Shown here piece after piece: positions 47,879 to 57,214 of a stretch of 64,000 nt of DNA (position 1 is the stretch's first letter; every line of letters begins with the position of its first letter). The position numbers were made by a program, and so were the translations under genes. The DNA comes from a virus. Lineage: Duplodnaviria; Caudoviricetes. The notes beneath the pieces are model-generated. The model was not told the DNA's origin and did not search any database. It saw nothing but the letters and a program-made list of their open reading frames with translations. The DNA lies in the IMG/VR virus record IMGVR_UViG_3300049988_000124, positions 1 to 64,000 of that record; one strand, given 5' to 3'.

Positions 47879-47929
47879 GAGATTAAAACCCTTTGTCTAA
47901 AATGAGTCATGGAATAGATCATCAAAGGG

Positions 47930-47937
47930 GTAATATA
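47930..47937 (-). promoter_or_regulatory. Early promoter box TATATTAC
   Basis: Exact motif upstream of the HD gene. Confidence 0.65.
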
Positions 47938-48002
47938 TAGATTAACTCAGATGACATAGGGGGGACGACCACGAGGAGGGTGTTACCCCTCCTCGCAGTA
48001 GA

Positions 48003-48347
48003 TCAGTCTTTCGAGGGAACGAGATGTTGTGGAAAAGAAACGTCGGTGTAGCGAACAGGGAAGAAGTCGTGATGTAGAAAAAGACCATTACCCAGCTGAT
48101 AACGTGCAGCTGTAACTACCTCGGCAATACCACCGGTCACACCACCGCAAGGAAGCGGAGTATCGGCGATACACATCAGGTTGTTAAACATCCACTGTGA
48201 ACCGGTGGGGGTGTCAATGCGCCTGATAATGGCAGACGCGCGCGTGAAGCTGTGCGTGCTACCGACGGTTTCTTTGTGTTGGATCAGAAGAGCATCACCT
48301 CTGACGTCATTGCTCATCTGCTGGAGTTGACTAGTTAAACGACACAC
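48003..48347 (-). CDS. Hypothetical protein
   Basis: 114-aa ORF downstream of the HTH gene. Confidence 0.5.
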   Translation of the reverse strand: MCRLTSQLQQMSNDVRGDALLIQHKETVGSTHSFTRASAIIRRIDTPTGSQWMFNNLMCIADTPLPCGGVTGGIAEVVTAARYQLGNGLFLHHDFFPVRYTDVSFPQHLVPSKD

Positions 48348-48401
48348 GGGATGGATACCTCTTTGAGCCTTAGGCTATATCATTAGGTACCCACCCAGTC
48401 C

Positions 48402-48779
48402 TCAGTCGGCCGTACTAGTATCCATGGCCATGAGTTTGTCCAATACGCCCGGACGCATGACTTCGATTGCATCCCAGATGTTGGAGATGACCTCTGCTGG
48501 CATATCGCGCTCACCGCTAATCATCTGCTGGAGAATCTTGCGCTTCACACCGATGCGCTGACTAAGGGGACGCACACCGACTTTAGTATAATCGAGAAGA
48601 GTCTGGACTGCGCCCACGGCCGAGGTAGGTCCACCAGCTGCTGCTGACTGGGAAAGGATCTGATGCTGCTGGATCTTGGAGGAGATCATGGCAGGGCCCA
48701 GATGCTCCAGGCTAGCGCGCATATCAGTCTGCAGCTCTTTCTGGAGAACGGCAACTTCGTTATCGTGGTGATCAGTCAT
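48402..48779 (-). CDS. XRE-like helix-turn-helix protein
   Basis: VRPLSQRIGVKRKILQQMISGERDMP. Confidence 0.6.
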   Translation of the reverse strand: MTDHHDNEVAVLQKELQTDMRASLEHLGPAMISSKIQQHQILSQSAAAGGPTSAVGAVQTLLDYTKVGVRPLSQRIGVKRKILQQMISGERDMPAEVISNIWDAIEVMRPGVLDKLMAMDTSTAD

Positions 48780-48847
48780 TGTTGTCTAAAACCTTGAAGG
48801 GTGTCTCTGTAGGATATTGTGTCAAATGAGCAAAAAAGAAACAGGTA

Positions 48848-48877
48848 TAAGAGGGAGGGCTGATGCCCTCCCTCTTA
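48848..48877 (-). terminator. Conserved hairpin terminator after phuZ
   Basis: taagagggagggc-tgat-gccctccctctta, with a U-rich tract on the minus strand. Confidence 0.75.
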
Positions 48878-48889
48878 CCTTATCAGATC

Positions 48890-49930
48890 TTAAAGGAACA
48901 GATCACCCGCACCAGCAGGCGTGTTCAGCCGGTCGACTTGACCGTAGTTCTGAGCCTGATCGATGTTCTGAACGCGCTCCACTGCATCAATGACGCTGTC
49001 CACCGCCTTGATGTCACCAGTAACCTTGCCGACGATGGCACGGCTATTCTCCTGATGAAAGCCGACCTTCTTCATCCGGCTCATGGGGAGCTCGATACCA
49101 GGCAGTGATTCCTCACCACTGTTCTGGATAATGAGAAGCGAGTCGACGATCTCGGGCGAGTCCTGACCGATGATGATCTGCGGATCATCCGGGGTCTGCT
49201 CAGAGACCAGCTGCATGAGCTTCAGACCAGGCTTGGCTCCGACGACCTTCAGGGGATCGATGAAGTTCAAGCGGTCGTTGCGGTCCACCTCGTAGAGCGG
49301 CTTGGTGAGGAGCTCGATAAGATCGCCCACCAGTACCTGCACTGCCTTGTCCACGCCAGTACGACCCTTGGGGGTATCGTTGGAGAGGATGATGGCGGGC
49401 AGGTAGAGACCAGCGTTGTTGGCGATGGCCGACATGGTCTTCAGGGTGTTGATGGTGTTCTTGGCCGCGATTGTCGAGCTGGTGTCCGTGACGACGATCA
49501 TGACCACGCGCATACCGCGCCGCGCATAGTCACGCGCGATGACTGGAGCGATGACCGAGCCCGAGCCACCAGCGCACGAGGAGATCACGATGCCAACATC
49601 GGCAAGACCGATCTCTTCGTTGGTGAAGGCAGAGACCACGCGCTCGATGTCACGCGCATTCTCTGAGCGGATGGACCCTGAACCATTGCCGTTGGTGACG
49701 ACGTTGACGCGCTCCTCGTAGCGCGAGTTCGCCATCGAGGTATCGAAGTTCAAGACAGTGGCCTCAGCCTTGCCGCCTGCAAACATCCGACCCAGGTTCA
49801 TGCCACATCCACCGCACGCGGCGATGGTAACCTTGACGACGGAGGGCTGTGCCCGCTCGGGCTGAGCGATGATCGCAGGCGCGGACTGCGAGGACGTGTT
49901 AACCGGATCGGGGGCGCGAAGATCGACCAT
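48890..49930 (-). CDS. phuZ: PhuZ phage tubulin
   Basis: ACGGCGMN, FDTS, GNGSG, tubulin-signature-like CAGGSGS, VDRND, C-terminal ..GDLFL. Confidence 0.9.
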   Translation of the reverse strand: MVDLRAPDPVNTSSQSAPAIIAQPERAQPSVVKVTIAACGGCGMNLGRMFAGGKAEATVLNFDTSMANSRYEERVNVVTNGNGSGSIRSENARDIERVVSAFTNEEIGLADVGIVISSCAGGSGSVIAPVIARDYARRGMRVVMIVVTDTSSTIAAKNTINTLKTMSAIANNAGLYLPAIILSNDTPKGRTGVDKAVQVLVGDLIELLTKPLYEVDRNDRLNFIDPLKVVGAKPGLKLMQLVSEQTPDDPQIIIGQDSPEIVDSLLIIQNSGEESLPGIELPMSRMKKVGFHQENSRAIVGKVTGDIKAVDSVIDAVERVQNIDQAQNYGQVDRLNTPAGAGDLFL

Positions 49931-50062
49931 GGTGATAATCCTTAACTGATGTGTGAAAATCTATATCATCCAGTCTACCGGGGTAGATAAGAATAATAGA
50001 ACCAACAACGTGTGAAGTGAAGGAGATGTGTCTCATCGACACAGCGTTCTACCTTCACCTCA

Positions 50063-50070
50063 GTAATATA
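50063..50070 (-). promoter_or_regulatory. Early promoter box TATATTAC upstream of phuZ
   Basis: Exact motif. Confidence 0.6.
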
Positions 50071-50102
50071 AGGATGAAACCACCATGGTTATTTGGGAGC
50101 GT

Positions 50103-51050
50103 TTAGTTGACAGCGGATAGGTAATCGAGTGATCCGCGATTTGTCCAAATGTTACCGTTCTTCATCGTGTGTAAAATAATAACGTCGTGGGGAGTTCTTG
50201 AAAAAGCACTGGGACCATCGTAGCACGTAAAGGCCAGCTCCACTGCTTCATAGTGAGTGCGAGGACAGAAGTGCTTCTCATCGAGCTCACCGTTGATGCA
50301 CATGAGATCAATGCCCGCTCTCAGTAGATCGGTAATCTCGGTGTCCCCGCCAAAGACACGAGGTAGCTGATGGTTCTGGTAGCAGATCTGCCCGGTGATA
50401 TTGCGCCAGCGGCGCTTGGCATCGAGCTGCGACATTCCGCAGATAATGACTGGTCGGAACAAGAGCCCACACGGTAGCGGCATGAGGATCAAGTGACAGT
50501 CCTCGTTCAAGAACTCCAAGGCTCGGATGTTCTTGGTTCTAGAATAGAACATGTCCATGATACCACCCAATTGCGGTCCCACGTCGCTATCTGGATCAGC
50601 CTTGTAGAGCTTGTTCAGCTGAACCTGCAGATCCGTTAAGATCTCCCGACGCCGGTTGTCCGGCGCACTGATGATGTTGACTTCGATCTGGCCCTTGGAC
50701 TTTACCCTGATCGACCAAATGATGTCCGCCCGTTCACGCTTGCCGCCATCGTGGCAGTAGAAGATATCACCATTGTGCGACTCCGTGGCCCAGACTGTGT
50801 CTGTGACGAAGCGAACGAAGTGGTTCTGATGAACGCTGCGAAGTCGCTCAAAGAAACGCCTGATGACTTTCTGCATTTCCTCGTCCTTGGGACAATCAAC
50901 CTCCACACCGATATAGGTGGGGGTGACTGACACGGTACGATCGAACTTGACTTCCTTGAACGTATAGTCAACAACACGCCCCATCGACTGATCGAACTTG
51001 TTGAAGGAAACAAAGCACTGGTGCTGAAATCTAGGATGCACGTCGTTCAT
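50103..51050 (-). CDS. Conserved hypothetical protein upstream of phuZ
   Basis: 315-aa ORF. Confidence 0.6.
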   Translation of the reverse strand: MNDVHPRFQHQCFVSFNKFDQSMGRVVDYTFKEVKFDRTVSVTPTYIGVEVDCPKDEEMQKVIRRFFERLRSVHQNHFVRFVTDTVWATESHNGDIFYCHDGGKRERADIIWSIRVKSKGQIEVNIISAPDNRRREILTDLQVQLNKLYKADPDSDVGPQLGGIMDMFYSRTKNIRALEFLNEDCHLILMPLPCGLLFRPVIICGMSQLDAKRRWRNITGQICYQNHQLPRVFGGDTEITDLLRAGIDLMCINGELDEKHFCPRTHYEAVELAFTCYDGPSAFSRTPHDVIILHTMKNGNIWTNRGSLDYLSAVN

Positions 51051-51197
51051 GGTGATTCTTCTAAGGCCGGGTTATGGTCTTAGCTCCTTTAGGTTACTGG
51101 GGTGGATAGATAAAAACCCATGACATAGTAGCCAATGCTGGGCAGAGGTTTCCCCCTGCCCAGCACGTGCTTATGTTATCAACGAAATCGCTGATGA

Positions 51198-52967
51198 TTA
51201 CGCCGCCTGCGCGCTACCACCACTGATGGGGAGGAGAGCACGGAAGGTCGAGGCAATCATGGTCATACCACCGACCACGACGGTCTTCACCAGCTTGACC
51301 AGCGTACCGACCAGACCGATGAGGAACGAGTAGTAGCCCGAGCTAGCAGCCCAGCCAGCCAGGCCAGCAACAGCGCGACCCTTGCCAGCGCTGAGACCAG
51401 CCTTGACCGCAGCCGTACCAGCAGCCTTAGCAGCGCCGCTCTGAGCAGCTGCGCCACCAGCGGTGACAACACTGGCTGCACTCTTGACAGCACCGACAGC
51501 AGCGCCAGCACCCGACTTGACCGAGTTAGCCGCCGACATGCTGCGCGTACCGAACGCAGTCCAGCCACCCTTCAGGGTCTGCCAAGCGCGGGTCAGCTGA
51601 CCCTGGATCGCCTTGACAGCATTCGCCGTCCAGCCGAGCTCCTTGGCCGAGCCCATCGCGTAGTTACCAGCCATCGGCTGATAGCCCGACTTGACAGCCG
51701 CCGCAGGCTTCACCGCGCTAGCAACCTTCGAGGCCGCATCCGAGACGGTCTTGCCAGCCGTAGCCGCTGCACCCTTAACCGCACTGGCGGCAGTGGAAGC
51801 ACCAGCCTTGGCGGCGTCCACAGCCTTGTCACCAGCCTGGTAAGCCGTACGGGCGAGATCCTTGGCACCCTTGGCAGCGCTGCTCGCTGCGTTCGAGACA
51901 GTCGAAGAAGCAGTCGACGCCGCACCCTTAACCGCGACCTTGGCATCGCCCACCGCGAGCATGATCTTGGTGCCCGCCTCGTTCAGGGTAGCCTTGACCG
52001 AACCACCAGCCCACTTGACCTTGGTGCTGATGTCCGATGCCAGCTTCGTCATGAACGCCTTGACGACGTTGATGTTGGCACTCATGGCCGGAGCACCGCC
52101 GCAGTACACGACAATCGCAGCAACAGCAGCAATCGCTGCGACGACACCGGCGATGGTCTTGTAGGGATGCGCCTTGATGGTCTGACCGACCGACTTAGCA
52201 GCGTCCCAGGTCTTCGACGCGAGCGTCGTAACCAGGCTCTGGACCTTGTTCCAGACCGAGGTGATGATCGCCAGGATCTTCTGACCACCAGCCTTGACGA
52301 CGTTGACGATCTTGGCAGCGAAGGACGCGGCCTTCTCCTTGATCTTCTCGCCGAGCGCCTCGAGCGCCATCATCGACTCAGCGTCACCGGGGACGGGGGC
52401 CGAGAACGACTCCAGGCCGACTGACTCGAGTGCGGTACCATTCAGCAGACCCGTGATCTGCATCACAGCGGCCGTCGAGGGACCCATGCCGTATGACTCG
52501 ATCGCGATGCTCGTCTGGCTCAGCTGCTCGATCTCCATCGACAGCATCTCGATGTCGTTGCTGTCGTTGTCGATCTCACGGTCGACCGAATCAGCGTCGT
52601 CGTAATCCGACTCGTCCTCATCGTCGCCGATCTCGTTCTTGAACGTGGCATCGGTGTCGTCGGCATCGACCTTGACGTCGGTGGTGCCGGTCACGTCGGC
52701 GTCATCGCCGAAGTCGCCGTCGGGCAGCTTGCCGCCAGTATCCTCGCCCTGATCGATCTGCTGCTCTTCGAGCTGGGTGTTGTCACCCTCGCCGTTCAGC
52801 TCAATCTGCTGACGCTCAGCAGCGAAGGCATCGTCGATAATCTGGAGGGGATCAACCGCACCATCCTGCGTCGCATTGGTGTCGAGGCTCTGATCATCGA
52901 GCGCCTCAGTAGCGATGGTCGAAGCGATCGCCTCAGCGCCGCCCTTGTACTGACCGAAAATAGACAT
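51198..52967 (-). CDS. Internal head (ejection-type) protein with acidic propeptide
   Basis: Asp/Glu-rich N-terminal third, then clustered (S/A/G)-x-E sites (AIE-SY, ALE-SV, GLE-SF, ALE-AL), then an Ala/Lys-rich helical region; strong codon bias. Confidence 0.7.
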   Translation of the reverse strand: MSIFGQYKGGAEAIASTIATEALDDQSLDTNATQDGAVDPLQIIDDAFAAERQQIELNGEGDNTQLEEQQIDQGEDTGGKLPDGDFGDDADVTGTTDVKVDADDTDATFKNEIGDDEDESDYDDADSVDREIDNDSNDIEMLSMEIEQLSQTSIAIESYGMGPSTAAVMQITGLLNGTALESVGLESFSAPVPGDAESMMALEALGEKIKEKAASFAAKIVNVVKAGGQKILAIITSVWNKVQSLVTTLASKTWDAAKSVGQTIKAHPYKTIAGVVAAIAAVAAIVVYCGGAPAMSANINVVKAFMTKLASDISTKVKWAGGSVKATLNEAGTKIMLAVGDAKVAVKGAASTASSTVSNAASSAAKGAKDLARTAYQAGDKAVDAAKAGASTAASAVKGAAATAGKTVSDAASKVASAVKPAAAVKSGYQPMAGNYAMGSAKELGWTANAVKAIQGQLTRAWQTLKGGWTAFGTRSMSAANSVKSGAGAAVGAVKSAASVVTAGGAAAQSGAAKAAGTAAVKAGLSAGKGRAVAGLAGWAASSGYYSFLIGLVGTLVKLVKTVVVGGMTMIASTFRALLPISGGSAQAA

Positions 52968-53163
52968 GTGAAAATAGCTCCATTAACGCGTTATGGTAGA
53001 AACCCTACCACGTCCTATTGTTACCATGGTAATAGAACCTGGTAGCAGATCTGGCGGTTATGACAATTTCCGCCAAAACCCCAATAGAATAGATATTACG
53101 TTTGTACTACTCTTTCTACGTTATGGGATTACAGTATCTTCACGTGCGATACTCGATGACACC

Positions 53164-53195
53164 AGACAGAGAGAGCCGCGAGGCTCTCTCTGTCT
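53164..53195. other. 14-bp perfect hairpin with GCGA tetraloop in a long non-coding gap
   Basis: agacagagagagcc-gcga-ggctctctctgtct. Confidence 0.8.
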
Positions 53196-53531
53196 AAAGA
53201 CTCTATCTGAGCTACCTTGGTACCTATCGCTTTATCTGCCTTTACGGCACTCAACTCAAAAGACACTAGCTAGTCAGGGAGATCGTACCAAAGATCGAGC
53301 AGAGGCGGGTTGGCGACAAAGTGTCTGTTCGGCCTCAGTGCTGTCTCAGTAACGACGACCCGGTATGGTTCGCTAGTAACTTTTAGGGTATGTTGGAAAC
53401 TAACTTCAATTGGTATTCTAGTTCAGTCATTCGTTCGTTCATATCAGTACAGATACATTGGTTGTAAAAAATGTCAGATTAGATAATGACCAGGTACACA
53501 GGGTAGGGCTAATGCCCTACCCTGCATAATG

Positions 53532-54308
53532 TCAGCTGTTACGATAAGCGAGGATGACGTCCTTACAAAAACCAGAGCGAACAATGTCGTCCGCTGTGAA
53601 CTCCACGTGACCAACCGAGGAGAGACTCTTCAAGCGACGAATGGCATCTTCCATACCACTCATTCCCTCGATGAACTTCTGCTCTTGATAGTCACCAGCG
53701 ATCACGATCTTGGAATCATGACCGACACGCGTCAGGAGTGCCTTCATCTGCTGGGGAGTGCTGTTTTGCATCTCATCGCCGATGATGGTGGCATTGTCGA
53801 AGGTAGTCCCCAGGATGCTTCCCAGGGGCTCAAACATGATACGACCAGCATTCATTAGGTTCTCCAGGTGGCTAGCACCCAGGAGCTTTGTCAGAATGTC
53901 GCGCATCGGACGCATGGAGACGGCAATCTTGTCGTCCTTATCACCCGGCAACGTGCCGAGCTTCTCACCAATTTCGTGGGCAGGATTTGTTAAAACAAAA
54001 ACGTGTTCTCTATCGTCTAGCAGTCTGGGTAGGCGTTCGGCAATCGCAACGTGGGTCTTGCCGGTACCCGCAGGCCCGGTTGCAAAGGTAGCATCGTAGT
54101 TACGAACACAGGAACCGAGGATCCGCTGATTCTCGGTGAGATACTCAATAGGCTTGCGAATAGAGATAATTGCGTCGCCCGGAGTGCGATCACGGTGTAC
54201 CTCTACTTTGGCGCGGTGGGACATCTTGTCCCGATAGTCTCCGCGTCTCTCACCTTTGGTCTGGGAATGGTGGGCATTAGAACTGCCCCTGCGCGCTGGC
54301 TTACCCAT
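53532..54308 (-). CDS. phoH: PhoH-family ATPase
   Basis: GPAGTGKT, GTLPGD, IIGDEMQN, LLTRVG, IAGD.Q, DIVRS. Confidence 0.93.
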   Translation of the reverse strand: MGKPARRGSSNAHHSQTKGERRGDYRDKMSHRAKVEVHRDRTPGDAIISIRKPIEYLTENQRILGSCVRNYDATFATGPAGTGKTHVAIAERLPRLLDDREHVFVLTNPAHEIGEKLGTLPGDKDDKIAVSMRPMRDILTKLLGASHLENLMNAGRIMFEPLGSILGTTFDNATIIGDEMQNSTPQQMKALLTRVGHDSKIVIAGDYQEQKFIEGMSGMEDAIRRLKSLSSVGHVEFTADDIVRSGFCKDVILAYRNS

Positions 54309-54421
54309 GTGTTCACCTTTAGAGTTACAGAAGAACCGAGCATAGCCCTTCCATAACAGCTACGGTGTAGCTAAAGGTGTTTAGCCGCTACTCTTATATC
54401 AGCTAAACACCTTTAGGATCG

Positions 54422-55309
54422 TTACTTACCATTCAGCCAGGTAAATGCTGCATCGAACACGGTCTTGAAGAAACCATGACGAGGAGCAGGAGTTGGACCA
54501 GGTGCTGGAACGCCTTGGGGGTAGAGGCGATGAATCATGTCGTTGTACGATTCTTCGCGGGGACGACGCTCGTAGATTGCTCGGTGAGCAAGTGCTGCAG
54601 CACGTGGGTTAGCCAGAATGCTCGCATTCGCATCAGCACCAGGAGCCACTAGTCCGTACGCGAACCCGAGTGCTGTATCGAGTTCCGGTGTGATGATGAG
54701 CGGGCCAGTGGGATCGGTGTTCACGGGCTTTGGACCACGGATCTCCTCGAGAATGTAATCCCAGTCTACTCCACCCGTACCACGAGCAAAGCCACCGGCG
54801 ATCGAAGGGAAGTGAACCTTCAAGGCTTCCAGTAGACCAAAGACTCGGTCATTGTAGTCGAGTACACCAGCAATGTCTTCTTTCTCCTCGACGGGAGGAG
54901 TAACAACCTCCACAGGAGCAGGAGGATCAAGCGGAGCTACGTAGCTAGCAGGTGAGGGTGAGAGAGAATCGAGTGTAAAAGTCTTCAGGGTCTTCTTGGT
55001 GGCGGCACTGGCGGAGTAAATGAAATGCTCGTGATCGATAACGGCCTGTGAGTAGATGTGACCCTCACCCAGGCTAAGCAGTGCGCGCTTCAGGGAATCC
55101 TTGCTGAGGTGGGGAAGCTTGTCGCTGATGTTCTCGAAGGAAACAGTGTTGCGATAAGAGGCTACGACCATCAGCACTTCAGCCTCGGTCTGGGTTACCT
55201 CGAACTCGTCCATAATGGCACGCATGAGGCGGACGCCCAACCAGGGAGCATCAATCGTGCGCAGATCACCGCGCAGATCATTGTGGTAGGGGTATAGTCG
55301 ATTGTACAT
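54422..55309 (-). CDS. Hypothetical protein with N-terminal winged-helix-like domain
   Basis: TQTEAEVLMVV...SFENISDKLPHLSKDSLKRALLSL; Pro-rich linkers. Confidence 0.55.
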   Translation of the reverse strand: MYNRLYPYHNDLRGDLRTIDAPWLGVRLMRAIMDEFEVTQTEAEVLMVVASYRNTVSFENISDKLPHLSKDSLKRALLSLGEGHIYSQAVIDHEHFIYSASAATKKTLKTFTLDSLSPSPASYVAPLDPPAPVEVVTPPVEEKEDIAGVLDYNDRVFGLLEALKVHFPSIAGGFARGTGGVDWDYILEEIRGPKPVNTDPTGPLIITPELDTALGFAYGLVAPGADANASILANPRAAALAHRAIYERRPREESYNDMIHRLYPQGVPAPGPTPAPRHGFFKTVFDAAFTWLNGK

Positions 55310-55375
55310 GATAACTGAACCTTCTTTTCTAGGGATGATGGGGTTAGGGCTACCCTAACCCCATCGGTGGTCGAG

Positions 55376-55918
55376 TTACGATGCAGATGCCTCGGCCGTC
55401 TCCTTAACCTCTTCAGGCTCTTCTTCCTTGGGACGGATGTAGGATTCAAACGTACAGATGAGTTGATCATCTTCGCGGTACTGTTCTGATGAGTCGAGGA
55501 TCCAGTCATCGACGTTGAATCGAAAGAACACATCTGCTTCAAACGTGCCGAACACCCTGGTCAAGAGGATGCGATCAGCATAACGTAGTGCGTGGTTGTA
55601 GACATCAGCCCCACCGATGATGAAGATCTCTTCCTCACCGAGTTCGGTATACTCGTTGAGCGCCCTCTTCAGATCGTGGACGACCTCGACACCGTCGGCC
55701 TTCCAGTTGGGGTTGGTGGTGAGGACAATGTTGGTGCGATCCTTCAGCGGAGCACCCAGCGTCTCAAAGGTCTTGCGACCCATGATCACGACGTGACCGG
55801 TGGTAGCTTGCTGGAAGAACTGCATGTCCTTCTTGATACGCGGCCACGGAAGACTTGTACCGTTTCCGATCGCACCAGCCTGGTCCTGAGCCAGGATCAT
55901 TGTAATACGCGTAGTCAT
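55376..55918 (-). CDS. folA: Dihydrofolate reductase
   Basis: AIGNGTSLPW, DMQFF, VIMGRKTF, PLKDRTNIVLT, IIGG. Confidence 0.96.
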   Translation of the reverse strand: MTTRITMILAQDQAGAIGNGTSLPWPRIKKDMQFFQQATTGHVVIMGRKTFETLGAPLKDRTNIVLTTNPNWKADGVEVVHDLKRALNEYTELGEEEIFIIGGADVYNHALRYADRILLTRVFGTFEADVFFRFNVDDWILDSSEQYREDDQLICTFESYIRPKEEEPEEVKETAEASAS

Positions 55919-55935
55919 ATAGGTAATCTCCTGTC

Positions 55936-56742
55936 TCAGACCGACACGTCGGCTTGGATGTGAGGATGAGGATCGTAACCCTCCACGATGAAATCTTCGA
56001 GTTCATACTCGTCGATGGTCGCAGGCGTGCGACGAAGCTTCAGCGTGGGGAGTGCACGTGGTTCACGGGTAATCTGCTCTCGTGCCTGATCAAGGTGATT
56101 GTTGTAGAGGTGGATACTACCACCTGTCCAGATGAAGTCACCGACTTCCAGACCACATTGATCAGCCAGCATGTGCGTCAGAATCGCGTAGGACGCGATG
56201 TTGAAGGGCACGCCCAGGAACAAGTCAGCGCTGCGCTGATAGAGCTGTAGGTCGAGTTTGCCGTTGGCAACCCTGGTCTGGAAAAGACAATGGCACGGGC
56301 TGAGAGCCATCTTCGAGAGTTCGCCTGGGTTCCATGCCGTGACGATCTGCCTCCGGCCTGCGGGATCGCGCTTGATGGAGGCAACCAGGTCTGCGATCTG
56401 ATCGATATGGCTCCCATCGGGTGCTACCCAATCACGCCACTGCTTGCCGTAGACGGGACCCAAGTCACCATTCTCATCTGCCCAGTCGTCCCAGATCTTG
56501 ACACCCCTGTCCTTGAGCCAGCCGATGTTGGTATCACCGCGCAAGAACCACAAGAGCTCAACGATGATCGATCGGGTGTGAAGCTTCTTGGTGGTGAGAA
56601 GAGGGAAACCCTTGGACAGGTCAAAGCGCATCTGACCCCCGAACGTGTCAAGCGTTCCAGTACCAGTACGGTCTTGCTGAGGTACGCCTGTATCCAAGAC
56701 GTGTTGAAGCATCCGCTGATATTGAAGATCCGTGTCGTTCAT
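55936..56742 (-). CDS. thyA: Thymidylate synthase
   Basis: [54 protein letters not shown]. Start corrected to MNDTDLQY at 56742. Confidence 0.97.
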   Translation of the reverse strand: MNDTDLQYQRMLQHVLDTGVPQQDRTGTGTLDTFGGQMRFDLSKGFPLLTTKKLHTRSIIVELLWFLRGDTNIGWLKDRGVKIWDDWADENGDLGPVYGKQWRDWVAPDGSHIDQIADLVASIKRDPAGRRQIVTAWNPGELSKMALSPCHCLFQTRVANGKLDLQLYQRSADLFLGVPFNIASYAILTHMLADQCGLEVGDFIWTGGSIHLYNNHLDQAREQITREPRALPTLKLRRTPATIDEYELEDFIVEGYDPHPHIQADVSV

Positions 56743-56752
56743 GATAAATCCT

Positions 56753-57214
56753 TTACTGAACGTGGGGCTTGTCGGTAATGAGAACACCTTGGAGGTGATC
56801 CATCTCGTGCTGGATGATGCGCGCGAGCATCCCTGAGAAGTTACCGGTGTGGAAATTACCCTCTGGATCCTGCCAGGCAATCTCGCACTTTGCTGGGCGA
56901 CTAACCTTGCGACGAAGACCAGGGATAGAGAGGCAACCCTCCTCCATCACTACTTCGCGGTTGAGCTTCCTGATATACTCAGGATTGATCATCACGTGCA
57001 TTTCTTTGTCAGCGAAAGCAACAATAACGCGCTTGGCGACACCGATCTGGATTGCCGACAACCCGATTCCCTGATTGGTGATCATGGCAGCGAGCATTTG
57101 CTCGATAAGCGTCATCAAGGATTCGTCGAACTCAGTGACGAGGGCAGAGACTGTACGCAGTTGCGGATCGTCATCACGGACGATCGGCTTGATGTCAGGC
57201 ATTACTAGAGACAT
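56753..57214 (-). CDS. def: Peptide deformylase (short, phage-type)
   Basis: [22 protein letters not shown]. Confidence 0.95.
   Translation of the reverse strand: MSLVMPDIKPIVRDDDPQLRTVSALVTEFDESLMTLIEQMLAAMITNQGIGLSAIQIGVAKRVIVAFADKEMHVMINPEYIRKLNREVVMEEGCLSIPGLRRKVSRPAKCEIAWQDPEGNFHTGNFSGMLARIIQHEMDHLQGVLITDKPHVQ

Noticed and set aside
53268-53445. Possible frameshifted small gene (MNERMTELEY... joined to ...KVTSEPYRVVV...) on the minus strand
   Set aside because: No slippery site or SD support and no recognisable product; insufficient evidence.
56743-56880. N-terminal extension of ThyA
   Set aside because: It overlaps the deformylase gene; ThyA homology begins at MNDTDLQY, which has its own SD-like AAAGGA.
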